64,000 bases of DNA. It comes from Macrostomum lignano (taxonomy: Eukaryota). Made by a program: the position numbers and the translations under genes. The stretch covers positions 124,001 to 188,000 of the forward strand of contig NIVC01001952.1 in NCBI GenBank assembly GCA_002269645.1. The letters are read 5' to 3'. Each line of letters starts with the position of its first letter. The first letter of the stretch is position 1. Shown here piece after piece: positions 26,011 through 38,530 of this stretch. The notes under the pieces were generated by a model. The model was not told the origin of the DNA. It saw only the letters and a program-made list of their open reading frames with translations, and ran no database searches.

Positions 26011-27083
26011 CTCCCCCTTCTTGCTGTCCTGGGGGTTGCCGTCCTGAGGGGCGGGGGGCGCCGTCCTAAGAGGGCGCTGTCCCGAAGGGTGCGCCGTGTC
26101 CTTGGTGGTGGGACAGTCGTGTAAGTTAATGTTGCGTACTTAAACCCTCAGCCCACTCGATCCGCTCCTGAGAGCTTGAACTCAGTTGCAAAATCGCAAA
26201 AGTAAAAATTTAGGACACACTGTTGGTCAGGCCTCAGGGTGAACAGACTGTGCCGCTGTGGTAACGCATAAATTAAATGTAGCATTAGTCTTAATGCGAG
26301 CAATTATAACACAGCGCAAACAAGCACCCAAAACACGTTGCCCAGCTCATTGGGGGGGGGGGCTTGTGCATGGCTTGTTGCAACGATAATAGCCCAGCCC
26401 AGAAGCCGTGAGCAACGGATTTCTCAATCTATTAGGGCTGGAAGAAGCTCTAGAGAATGTTATTTTTTAGGGCTGATGATAGAGGCAAATACATTCAGCT
26501 AGTTTTGAGTTCACTTGCTCACCGCCAGCTAATAGCGGGTGAGCAGTGAGCACAATAAAAGAGTCTGAGGTGGAGACGGCGAGAGACGAGCCAGGGCGAG
26601 AGAGGCCCACTCTTCATCTCTGCCTGAATATTATATATAATGCGTGGAGTGCACGGTTGAGTATATTCGAGTAGACACTTGGCGATGGCTTTTGAGAAAG
26701 AGTCCTTAACTGGGTAGTGAGCAGCGCCTAGTAGGGTAATTCAGAGGCGCCCTGTTGCTCAGAGCTCCTATCAACAGCTCAGGATTTGTTCTGTCTCGCT
26801 TACCTGGCCAAGAAAAGAAGAAGAAAGAGACTCCCCGCAGAGGGAGGGGGTCGAGGGAAAGAGGGAGACGAAGGAGCTTTTCACCACCACCGCTGCTGCT
26901 GCTGCTGCTGCTGAGTAGAATTGAAAAAATGCTAAAGACACACACACACACTGTGAGAAGGACAGACTTTTGAGTGTCAGAAATACTGCATAGTGGAGAG
27001 AATGGCCCAGACAGACAGGGGGGGGGGCAGCTGCCCCAACCAGACCCGCTCTGCCCCTCCCCCCTGTGAGCAATTAAACGCTC

Positions 27084-28736
27084 GTGCAGCGGCTACAGGT
27101 AATGAAAAAACAGCAAAATGAACTGCAGAAACTGCCTGCCCGAGCAGCCCAGCCAATAGATAAGTGTCAGCTCATCACGGCAGCAGGGCCTCTTGAAGCC
27201 GCCAGAGCGTCAAGTCCAGCAGGCGGGGAGCTGGGCATGAGCCAAAATCCTCATACGCAATCCGCCGCCGCTCCGGCAGGCGCCGCTGGCAGTTGGCGCG
27301 CCCGGGCGTCGCCGCCGCCGTGGATCGGCAGCTCCAGCGGGGTGTTCAAGGAGTCGCCACGAGGCGGTGGAAAACTGCCGCTGCCAATGCAGCTAGCAAA
27401 CGGCAGGCCGCTTACAGCTGTGCATCACCAGCAGCAGCAGAGGCGGCCACTTGGCACCGGTCGTGCCATCAGCGCACACGGCGCCGCCAGGAGGCGCGCC
27501 CGCGGTCATCACCGACGGTCGCCGACGCCGGAGCCGCCGGCCGGTCAGGGCGGCTACCTGGCGCCGGCCCGAGGCGGCCGGGTCACTCCACAGATGGTGG
27601 CCGCTGCCGCTGCCGCCGCTGCGTCGACCGCATCAGCGACCTCAACAAATCCACAGGGGCTGCCACAAGTGACGCAGGCGCCCCAGTCGCCACCGCCGCC
27701 GCTGCTGCCATCTGTGGAGGCGGAGGCGCAGCCGCATCACACTGTGGTGGTTCGCAGCCGAAGGCGAAATCGAACCATTGCCGCCGTGCCAACGGCGACC
27801 GCTGAGGCGGCAGCGGAGGCGGCGGCACCGGCTGGCCTGCTGAACGGCAGTCGCCAGCCATCAGCAGCGGAGAAGCCCCCGCCAGCCGCCGCCAACGGGA
27901 CCAACGGCAGCATTGATTCTACGAGCGCTCAGCCTCCGGTGAAGACGGCGCAACCGGTTTCAATGTCGGCGAATGGCAGCGTGACCAGCATTTCCTACAT
28001 GCACTTTCTGAACCGCATGCCCGATCAGAATCTGCAGCAGCAGCAGCAGCGGCAGCAAGCTCTGCCAAAGACTCCGGCATCTCCGCGGCCCAAGCTGCTG
28101 CCATCCTACGCTCAGACGGAAGCCTCCAGCGTCGCGGCCACCACTTCGGCTCCATCGATAGCAGCGCCAACTGGTGCGGCTGCGACAACCGCGGCGGCCA
28201 ATTCGACTTCGGCTGAAGAGCCAAAGCCGCTGCTGTCCGTCACTGACGGTTCCGGTTGCACGACGGAGATCTACCAGATTAAATCAATCCTGAAGAAGAA
28301 CGCGGCAGCAACAGCAGCAACCGCCGCTGCCGCAGTCAACGAGCAGCAGCTGCTGCCCGCGTCCTCGGCGAGGCCCCGGACGGCGGCCGTCGGTTTCGGC
28401 TCGAAGCCGCGGCCGCCGATCGCCTCCGAGGGCCAACCGACGTCGAGCTCAACAACAACAACCGCCGCCGCTGCCGCCGCCGCCACCGTCACCGCTGAGG
28501 CTAAGGCCCCGCCACGTCGTCCGACAGCCCGACGAGCCGCGTCAATGCAGAGCGGCAAGCTGAGCCTGCGAGCCCGCAGCCAGTCGGCCAGGCCGACCGT
28601 CCGATTCGACATGACCAGCAACTCGGTGCACGAGTACGAGCCCGCGCCGCCGGCCGCGAACGGCGGATCGTCGTTCTTCACGACTGACAGCGACACCTGG
28701 TACCGGCTGATGTGGCGACACCTGGCCGAGCACTGA
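27084..28736 (+). CDS. Low-complexity (Ala/Pro/Gln/Ser-rich) protein with SILK and RVxF-like motifs; candidate PP1-interacting protein; start uncertain (first ATG 27102; alternative ATG 27238 or an upstream exon)
   Basis: A 550-codon open frame in GC-rich, non-tandem-repeat sequence, with the same poly-Ala/Gln style as the confirmed exons. It contains KSILKK (28284-28295) and RPTVRFDMTSNSVHEYEP (28590-28643). Function is inferred from short motifs only. Confidence 0.7.
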   Translation: MQRLQVMKKQQNELQKLPARAAQPIDKCQLITAAGPLEAARASSPAGGELGMSQNPHTQSAAAPAGAAGSWRARASPPPWIGSSSGVFKESPRGGGKLPLPMQLANGRPLTAVHHQQQQRRPLGTGRAISAHGAARRRARGHHRRSPTPEPPAGQGGYLAPARGGRVTPQMVAAAAAAAASTASATSTNPQGLPQVTQAPQSPPPPLLPSVEAEAQPHHTVVVRSRRRNRTIAAVPTATAEAAAEAAAPAGLLNGSRQPSAAEKPPPAAANGTNGSIDSTSAQPPVKTAQPVSMSANGSVTSISYMHFLNRMPDQNLQQQQQRQQALPKTPASPRPKLLPSYAQTEASSVAATTSAPSIAAPTGAAATTAAANSTSAEEPKPLLSVTDGSGCTTEIYQIKSILKKNAAATAATAAAAVNEQQLLPASSARPRTAAVGFGSKPRPPIASEGQPTSSSTTTTAAAAAAATVTAEAKAPPRRPTARRAASMQSGKLSLRARSQSARPTVRFDMTSNSVHEYEPAPPAANGGSSFFTTDSDTWYRLMWRHLAEH

Positions 28737-29458
28737 GCAACCCACCATGCAGTCGCCCGGCTTTCTCATCCCCAGTCTAAATACTCCTCAGTCATTGTCG
28801 CGCTTAACAAGATAGAATCTGTGTATAGAAACATTTGGTCCCTATGATGGCATTCGCGCATGTACAGCTAACCGCCTCAGACCTTTTGAACCGCAACCTC
28901 CCCCACTTATTCCAGTTTAACATACCTGCGATGGATTTATCAAGCAGCCCCTAGAGACGCAGTTAATTGCCGGCCGATAAATTGACTGCCTGCCATTTCA
29001 CTGCCAGGATTAGAAAGTCAGGGCCCGCTGTACACCCTGTCTGAGCTTGTACAGCATGAATGAGTGCGTGCCTGCATGCAGTATTGGCGCGGCCTCATTT
29101 TCAGGACGATGTCGCCGAATGAGCTACGCCGGGTGCCCCCACAGCCCTTCTGCAATATTAATTATTAATATAGACTAGGTTAGTATGAGGTTTGGCAACT
29201 GAGTTTTGGCAGTCAATTTCAATACTCGTAAGACCCCTTTAATTCGTCCTCAATCACTGAGCAGCATTTAACTGTGGCTTTTTGTCCGCCTAACCAACCT
29301 GTTTGCGACGCTTTGCTCATTGGCGAAAAATCAAATTTAACAAAATTACATTTGCGCTCTCTCTCTCTCTCTCTTCCTGAGATGTCTTTCCAACTTTCGA
29401 TTCGCTGCACTCATTCTTATTCCATCAGCAGAAGCAAAAACAGGAAAGCCAATCAATC

Positions 29459-29897
<439 letters not shown>

Positions 29898-30214
29898 ACA
29901 GGATGTAGAAGCCGGTGGCAGGATGTAGAAGCCGGTGGCAGGATGTAGAAGCCGGTGGCAGGGTGTAGAAGCCGGTGGCAGGGTGTAGAAGCCGGTGGCA
30001 GGATGTAGAAGCCGGTGGCAGGATGTAGAAGCCGGTGGCAGGGTGTAGAAGCCGGTGGCAGGGTGTAGAAGCCGGTGGCAGGGTGTAGAAGCCTGTGGCA
30101 GGATGTAGAAGCCGGTGGCAGGGTGTAGAAGCCGGTGGCAGGATGTAGAAGCCGGTGGCAGGATGTAGAAGCCAGTGGCAGGGTGTAGAAGCCGGTGGCA
30201 GGATGTAGAAGCCG
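29898..30214. repeat. 20-bp minisatellite GGATGTAGAAGCCGGTGGCA directly abutting the GACA run
   Basis: About 16 tandem copies, with GGAT/GGGT variants. Confidence 0.96.
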
Positions 30215-30936
30215 AACAGTGCTGAGTGTCCATTGGGTGCTTGCCCAGAACCATATAGCAGAACCCAGGGTGATGGACAAATAAAAAAATTGATTTTAAT
30301 CGCGACCGGCCTTTACTTGGTTTGCTTTTTACAGAAAGGGGGCTTCGGGCACTGCGCCAAATCAAGGGCGACAGTCCCGCAGCCAGCCCACAGCCTGGGC
30401 GCACACCGCACGCTCACTCAGGGTGTTCATGCGTATAAATCACTGTAACGCTGCTGCGAAACTTCAAAAAAGCAAGCCATTTTCTCTGCATTTTCTTTAC
30501 CCATTTTATTTGAAGAAGACTACTTAATCAAGTAGAGCATGACGAAACGATACGCTAAGATACGGTTCTGTCACTGGCTAAAACAAACAGTACGCAGAAT
30601 GACTAGCTCGTATAGCAAATACCACAATGGACTCCTGACCAATCCTTCCAGGATGTGGCGCGGCCAGCCAGCAGTCATGCCCACTTCGACACTGACCCGC
30701 TCGCTCACACAGGGTGTACATCATCCTGATCACTTTCTAATCGTCAGGCGCGTATGTGCACTGTCTAGTGCCTCGGGGTTTCGCGCAAGAGACTCGGGTA
30801 AATGTGCCAGTGAGCAGCTCTACTGCCTCTACCTACTCCTGGCCCTTCGCAATCTCTGCAAAAGCCAGAGAAGAAATAAAAAAGCGCATGTTTTAACAAA
30901 CTTAGGAAGTCCATTGTCGGATGATGTTCGCGAATT

Positions 30937-33900
30937 TCAAGCAATTATCAAGTAATAAACCCAATAGACAACGTTAAATAGCAGAAAGGTTAGCGGGAAA
31001 AATCTGCGAGAAAACTTGTCAATCCGTTTGGCGATTGACGGCAGCTGCGGCTTCGGCGAAGGCTGCTGTGGAGAAGTCTCCACGGTCAGCTCAGTGTGAA
31101 ACTGCTGATGCTGCTCCTGCTGCTGCGGAGGCTGCAGTGGCGACATGGCCGCTGGCGGGTCTCTCACAAACACTGGCGAGTCACCCCCGTCCGGCTCGCA
31201 GCCGCCGCTGCCGCCACCGCCTCCCCCATTATTCCAGGGACCTCGAAGTCGACGCCGGGACGCAGCAGCCGAAGCAGACTTTCTGCCCGACTTCTTGCCG
31301 CCGGAAATGGCGGGGCCAGCGGCGGCGGCTCGTCTGCCGCGGCCACCGGAGCGCCCTCCGCCGCCGCCGCCGCCGCTGCCGTGCCTGCTGTACACGTTGA
31401 CGACAGCGAATTCCAACAAGGAGGCGAACACGAAGCCGAGACAGGCGCTCATCCAGACGTCGATGGCTTTGATGTAGGACACCTTCGGCAGCGAGGACTT
31501 TGAGCCAGAGGCCTGAGTAGTTATCGTCAGCACTGTAGGGTTTATGGGGATGCGAAATGTTTGGTCAGGTGACACAGGTCATAGCCAAGCTTATCTAAAT
31601 CGGCCACGGTACCTGTCAGCAGTCCCAGACTGACACGGGCTGGCACGGCGTCAATGTTTAGCCAGAAGGCGAACCAGCTCAGAATCACGATCAGCATTGT
31701 TGGGATGTAGATCTGAGGATAATAAATAGTAGACATATGAATGTATTAAGCTACTTTTAAATCAGTAGTTTCATTGGTTGGTACTCGTATTTTATTAAAA
31801 AATACAAGAGAGCACTAGCTAAAAATAATACCTGCGTACAATGTATACAAAGGTACACTACGAACTCTCATTCTGATATAACTGTCGCTTACTACCATTG
31901 AAATCTAAATTTATCAGAAAACACGATCAATATTCCTTGCTAGCTACTGAATGAGCGAATATTGAGTAGCAATACCTGAATAAGAAAGTATCCAAAGTCG
32001 CGCTTAAGTTCGAAGGTCATCTGCAGACAGGGATAGGCTCCAGTTGTATAGTTGAGATCGCACGATTTCAAATGAATTTCGCGCAGATCGAACTGCGGCA
32101 TGGTCAGATCGTCTGGCCGATCGTCTGGCCGCTTCGGCGGCTGCAGCCAGTAGAAAGCGACAGTGTCCATTGTGTGGCCGACTGTGGGGCAGTGTTGGGT
32201 GCTCTGACTTTCTGTGCAATCACTTATGCAGATGTGTAATGCAGTTGAGCCTTTACAGAAAAGTAAAAGCAACATCGCTCCCCCATATGTTTTCAAGATC
32301 CCCTGAAAATGCAGACAATTGCAAAGCCAAAGTTTTCACTTACAGCTCTCGAACATCATTGGACACATCTGCGTGTCTAGCGGGTACTTTTTGAGGTCCA
32401 TCTCGCAGGACAGAGTGACAGACAGTCTGCGGGTGTCGGGTTCAAGAGGGATTAGCGCTTCTGGCGTGATTCCAGATGGCGCCAGAGGCTTAAAAAACTG
32501 TTTCTACGAGTGTTTCGTAGACTTTCGATTCCCAATGACGAAGCCGTTAAGCTTTTAAGCTTGGAAATAATCGGTGACACGTGGTAGCATGGTTTTAATT
32601 TTTCACTTTTTACAATCGTGTTCAATGCTGTTGGTATTTAGGGTTCGGGTCTGTAAGTTTGTCGCTTCGTACAAGTGACAAATAGAACAAAACTTACTTG
32701 ATGACGTACCAAATTCGACCGCTGCTCTCCAGATTCATGAACCGGTTGGGGATTGTTACCGAGTGAAAGTCGGCCTTCTTCTCGTTTCTAGGCAATATTT
32801 TTTAAGAAAATAAATGAGGCTTTGTTGGTTAAGTAACTTAGGGAGTTGAGGTTGTTCAAACACTTCGGTATAATGGTTGATATTAGCTTCATCGGCAGGT
32901 TAGAGAACTTCTCAGTGTAGCCACCCTTCAAAGTCAAAGGACTTCGATAAAAATATTTTATTGAAACTTCGTTGCCCGACGATTTTCGAGTTATCCTTAA
33001 ACCCCTTTGTATACTGAGGAAATCGTGGTCGGTGTACTATTGGTCGGTGCATTGTCAGTATATATTGAGGACGCGTTGTCAGTGTACATTGAGGACGCGT
33101 TGTCAGTGTACATTGAGGACGCGTTGTCAGTGTACATTGAGGACGCGTTGTCAGTGTACATTGAGGACGCGTTGTCAGTGTACATTGAGGATGTGTTTGC
33201 AGTGTACATCGAGAACGCATTGTCAGTGTACATTGAGGATGTGTTTGCAGTGTACATCGAGAACGCATTGTCAGTGTACATTGAGGACGCATTGTCAGTG
33301 TACATTGAAGATGTGTTGGCAGTGTACATCGAGGACGCATTGTCCGTGTACATTGAGGACGCATTGTCAGTGTACATTGAAGATGTGTTGGCAGTGTACA
33401 TCGAGGACGCATTGTCCGTGTATATCGAGGACGCATTGTCAGTGTACATTTAGGATGTGTTTGCAGTGTACATTGAGGACGCATTGTCCGTGTACATCGA
33501 GGACGCATTGTCAGTGTACATTGAAGATGTGTTGGCAGTGTAAATTGAGGACGCGTTGTCAGTGTACATTGAGGACGCATTGTCAGTGTACATTGAGGAC
33601 GCATTGTCAGTGTAAATTGAGGACGCGTTGTCAGTGTACATTGAAGATGTGTTGGCGGTGTACATTGAGGACGCGTTGGCAGTGTACATTGAAGATGTGT
33701 TGGCAGTGTACATTGAAGATGTGTTGGCAGTGTACATTGAGGACGCGTTGTCAGTGTACATTGAATGAACTATTGTACATTCAATAGTTCTACTTTTCAT
33801 AGGTTTTTCTCTACTGATGCTTCCTTGACCTTAGAATTTTATGCGGTGCATTTGATTCAAATGGAAAGTCTGAAAAATAATTGGAAACGCTAATAAATGG

Positions 33901-36588
33901 TTTCTCTTGTTGATTAAGGCTTGAAATCCAGACGGAAAAATATAATAATTTTCTAAATTTTTTCATCAGCCAAGTGCATGGCTGTCCTACACTGCATGCT
34001 CTCAGCGCACTTTAACGACAGAAATTTGATCATTTTATTAGAAATCAGCTTGTAAAACATTTGCTGCACTGCGAGAGTCGTCGGGTGTATTCTTCTTGTC
34101 CAAAAAAACCAACAGCTGCCTTCCCACGAGAGGGAGAGAGAACCGCGCTCTGCGCTCTGCGAGGGTCAGATCGAATATTAAGTGTCCTTTGTCACGCTCA
34201 GGCGCACTCACACAAGATGAGGCCAGAGATGAATGGGAGAATGGGAGAAGGCTACTCAACTACCCACGGCCTCAACGGCCCGGTTCAGCGGCTCAAGAAG
34301 CAGCTGGCACGTGTTGTCGAGCTCTTAAACAGAAGACTAGCGATCGATAGCTACGTATTGATTTTTCTCAGGAGCCGCTGGAAGCCCCGATCTCTTTTAG
34401 TCTCTTACTCATCTGGAATTCGAGAATTCGATTCTGGAGTCCGTTTGCTGCTGTTAGTCCGATTTTCTATTTATTTTGCTCCCAACCGCACAGAACCCGC
34501 AGGCTTTCTGGTATCGATTTTTGCTGTTCCCGCGCCTCTCACTGTGAGGCGAAACTTTCTTGCTACAGAACTGGCTCTCGGGTTCGGTAGGCGTTGGCTC
34601 TGCAAAGATCGGGTTTCACACAGTGTGCACCCAGCTGCTGCTTTGCCGCTCTACAGCTCTTATTGTGGCTGTCATATCGGGATTGGGCAGGTTTCAGCTC
34701 CATTTCAGGCCCTACAAAAATACACTGACAATCCTGAGAAGCTGTGAGTACTCACCTAAGGAACACATCCGGTACCCAGATTTTCTCCCAGATTCTGTCC
34801 TCCAGTTTAATCTGAGTCTTGCCGCCAACCAGGCTGCTGTTGAACTTTAGTCGCGGATCCGTCCACTGCTGTCGCAGGTAGATGGTCAGAGAGTAGTCCT
34901 TTTGGGCAGGTGTGAAGCAGTTAGGGTGTGGTTATGGTAAAGCCTTAGCCTTTTATTTAGGATAGGCTATGACAAAATGTAATACGAATTATGATAATAA
35001 TTGATTACACCTGCCCTAATGAGCAGATGTACAACCGACAGCTCAGCCGCAGCTATATCTGAAGGCTGCGTACGGCTGTTCAGTCCAAGGATTGGGGGGT
35101 CGCCACACAGCCTCAGTTACCCCAGCTAATGCTGGCACCCATTTTACAGCTGGGTGAACTGAAGCAATGCAGAGTTAAGTGTCTTGCTCAAGGACACAAA
35201 TTGTTCCAAGTGGGATCGGGAATCGAACCCCCGACCTTTAAGTCGTGGGTCCGACGCTCTGACCACTAGGCTGCAACACAGACGAATAACAGTGAAAATA
35301 ATTATCACAGGAAATAATTTCTAGTTTATCGGTTAGCATAAGCAAGCATATCTGAGCCAGTGATCATATGGCCATATGCTCACCATCGTAGCCTCGCTGA
35401 TTGAGTAGAAACCAATGATATAAATTCCAATGTAAACATTTGTAGTGGAATCTAAAATGATAGACAAAATCAATTATAGTGAAATTATATTCTATCGTCT
35501 TGCTTCTTTTTCTTGTTTTTTAATTTTTAATTTTAATTTTTACCTCCATTGGGACTGTTCTGCCGCGTGTAGTTCTTCAGTATGCGGTCGACGACACGCT
35601 TTCTGCGGACAAAAGTACAGGTGTTAACAGAGTTCGGTGCAAGATTAATGTGTTTCGGAATGGGGTCTCGGGACTGGATTGGGTCTCGGGACTGGATGGG
35701 GTCTCAGGACTGGATTGGGTCTCGGGACTGGATGGGGTCTCGGGACTGGATGGGGTTTCGGGACTGGATGGGGTCTCGGGACTGGATGGGGTCTCGGGAC
35801 TGGATGGGGTCTCGGGACTGGATGGGGTCTCGGGACTGGATGGGGTCTCGGGACTGGATGGGGTCTCGAGACTGGATGGGGTCTCGGGACTAGATGGGGT
35901 CTCGGGACTGGATGGGGTCTCGGGACTGGATGGGGTCTCGGGACTGGATGGGGTCTTGGGACTGGATGGGGTCTCGGGACTGGATGGGGTCTCGGGACTG
36001 GATGGGGTCTCGGGACTGGATGGGGTCTCGAGACTGGATGGGGTCTCGAGACTGGATGGGGTCTCGGGACTAGATGGGGTCTCGGGACTGGATGGGGTCT
36101 CGAGACTGGATGGGGTCTCGGGACTAGATGGGGTCTCGGGACTAGATTGGGTCTCGGGACTGGATGGGGTCTCGGGACTAGATTGGGTCTCGGGACTGGA
36201 TGGGGTCTCGGGACTGGATGGGGTCTCGGGACTAGATTGGGTCTCGGGACTAGATTGGGTCTCGGGACTGGATGGGGTCTCGGGACTAGATTGGGTCTCG
36301 GGACTGGATGGGGTCTCGGGACTGGATGGGGTCTCGGGACTAGATTGGGTCTCGGGACTGGATGGGGTCTCGGGACTGGATGGGGTCTCGGGACTGGATG
36401 GGGTTTCGGGACTGGATTGGGTTTCTGGGCTTTGTGGAAGTCATTAATCCTTAACACTCCAGCGGATAGTATAAGTCTTACGTATTTTCAGCGGAGCTCT
36501 TGGCGGCTGTGCCGCCTGAGTGCAGCAACAGGAAAAGTACAAGCAGTGACTGCAGCAGCAGCAGAGGCTGCAACAGAACAGAGGCCAT
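30937..36588 (-). CDS. Cys-loop ligand-gated anion channel subunit (GlyR/GluCl-like), 483 aa; complement(join(30937..31532,31613..31712,31976..32181,32344..32426,32698..32787,34756..34898,35384..35451,35544..35602,36482..36588))
   Basis: Signal peptide [26 protein letters not shown]; YSISEATM|[17 protein letters not shown]; [16 protein letters not shown]; Cys-loop [15 protein letters not shown]; loop [13 protein letters not shown]; M1 [18 protein letters not shown]; anion-type PAR motif before M2 ([20 protein letters not shown]); M3 [21 protein letters not shown]; M4 [21 protein letters not shown]. Eight GT-AG introns with consistent phases; total 1452 nt. Confidence 0.95.
33050..33770. repeat. 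24-bp minisatellite GAGGACGCGTTGTCAGTGTACATT in a channel intron
   Basis: About 30 copies with variants; explains ORFs 32912..33800. Confidence 0.96.
35004..35279 (-). mobile_element. tRNA-derived SINE with CORE-like central domain, copy 1 (in channel intron 4)
   Basis: Minus strand: A-box-like GCCTAGTGGTCAGAGC, B-box GGGTTCGATTCCC, then GTGTCCTTGAGCAAGACACTTAAC...CAGCTGTAAAATGGG (resembles the MIR/CORE consensus), ending in an ATT-type tail. Aligns along its length with 40832-41093. Confidence 0.85.
35660..36425. repeat. 18-bp minisatellite GGGTCTCGGGACTGGATG filling channel intron 1
   Basis: About 42 copies; explains the PRPHPV/GLGTGW ORFs. Confidence 0.97.
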
Positions 36589-36713
36589 TCTTCGTGCTGC
36601 AACCACCGAGAGGCTCAGAAACTCGTTGGTTTGGAGTTTGGACTGATGAGCAAAAATCTGAAAGTTCGGGTTGTTGTTATTGATAAATTTTACTCTCCCT
36701 TTAAATTTTAGAG

Positions 36714-37200
36714 TCCTGTGCGTCTGTTTGTGGATTCTGTGCGTCTGTTTGTGGATTCTGTGCGTCTGTTTGTGGATTCTGTGCGTCTGTTTGTGGAATT
36801 CTGTGCGTCTGTTTGTGGAATTCTGTGCGTCTGTTTATGGAATCCTGTGCGTCTGTTTGTGGAATTCTGTGCGTCTGTTTGTGGAATTCTGTGCGTCTGT
36901 TTGTGGATTCTGTGCGTCTGTTTATGCGGATTCTGTGCGTCTGTTTGTGGATTCTGTACGTCTGTTTGTGGAATTCTGTGCGTCTGTTTGTGGATTCTGT
37001 GCGTCTGTTTGTGGATTCTGTACGTCTGTTTGTGGATTCTGTACGTCTGTTTGTGGAATTCTGTGCGTCTGTTTGTGGATTCTGTGCGTCTGTTTGTGGA
37101 TTCTGTACGTCTGTTTGTGGAATTCTGTGCGTCTGTTTATGCGGATTCTGTACGTCTGTTTGTGGATTCTGTGCGTCTGTTTGTGGATTCTGTGCGTCTG
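36714..37200. repeat. 22/23-bp minisatellite TCTGTGCGTCTGTTTGTGGA(A)T
   Basis: Tandem copies starting ~125 nt upstream of the channel ATG. Confidence 0.96.
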
Positions 37201-37729
37201 TCAGGATGGGTTGTTTCCTTCCATTCTAATCGGATTTCCAGTGATGGAGCCTCTTTGTAGCTCCGATCTCAGATTTGTATCCTGACCTGAATAGAAGGCA
37301 ACGAGTTGCGGCACAAGCAGAACGGCATGCAACCAGAATTTAGTCTGAAACCAGTTCAATCTCAGGGAATCCTTCTTAAATCTTGGAAAAAGCAGGCAGT
37401 ACTCAAATTGTGCCTCGACATGTTAAACTGGTTTCGACTGACTGCAGGGACGCCATATACTCGTAGCCCAGATACATTAGGCTAATCAAATATACGGAGA
37501 AGAGTGTTCTCAGCCGCTTGGAAAGAGAGAAATATTGAATCAAATTTCCTGATCTGAGCACTCGGAAATACTGCTTCGTCATGATTCAGCTCATGATGCA
37601 GCTCATGACAGGCTGACTGGAATGATGGAATGAATTTCTTTGAAGAGAACCATTCTCAGGAAGATAATAATGATTTAAAAGTTGACTGTTGACTCCACTA
37701 CCGGACTTGGTTCGACTCAGTTGGCTTGC

Positions 37730-38530
37730 GGAAACTGATTCAAGCGCACCCATCCAATTCCACGTCACTCCATGCTGCTCATTCCAATTCCACGTCACTC
37801 CATGCTGCCCATTCCAATTCCAAGCCACTCCATGCTACCCATTCCAATTCCACGTCACTCCATGCTGCCCATTCCAATTCCAAGTCACTCCATGCTACCC
37901 ATTCCAATTCCAAGTCACTCCATGCTGCCCATTCCAATTCCAAGCCACTCCATGCTACCCATTCCAATTCCAAGTCACTCCATGCTGCCCATTCCAATTC
38001 CAAGTCACTCCATGCAGCCCATTCCAATTCCAAGTCACTCCATGCTACCCATTCCAATTTCAAGTCACTCCATGCTACCCATTCCAATTCCAAGTCACTC
38101 CATGCTACCCATTCCAATTCCAAGTCACTCCATGCTACCCATTCCAATTCCAAGCCACTCCATGCTGCCCATTCCAATTCCAAGTCACTCCATGCTGCTC
38201 ATTCCAATTCCAAGCCACTCCATGCTGCCCATTCCAATTCCAAGCCACTCCATGCTGCCCATTCCAATTCCAAGTCACTCCATGCTGCTCATTCCAATTC
38301 CAAGTCACTCCATGCTGCTCATTCCAATTCCAAGTCACTCCATGCTGCCCATTCCAATTCCAAGTCACTCCATGCTGCCCATTCCAATTCCAAGCCACTC
38401 CATGCTATCCATTCCAATTCCAAGTCACTCCATGCTGCCCATTCCAATTCCAAGCCACTCCATGCTGCCCATTCCAATTCCAAGTCACTCCATGCTGCTC
38501 ATTCCAATTCCAAGCCACTCCATGCTACCC
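37730..38530. repeat. 30-bp minisatellite CATGCTGCCCATTCCAATTCCAAGTCACTC
   Basis: Two copies per 60-nt line, ~26 copies. Confidence 0.98.

Noticed and set aside
34061-34747. 228-aa plus-strand ORF inside a channel intron (nested gene?)
   Set aside because: Non-ATG start, no recognisable domain and no periodic codon signal evident; cannot support it without expression data.
35200-35279. tRNA gene (A and B boxes; also 41030-41093)
   Set aside because: I could not fold a complete cloverleaf with acceptor stem. Both heads continue into the same SINE body, so these are SINE heads.
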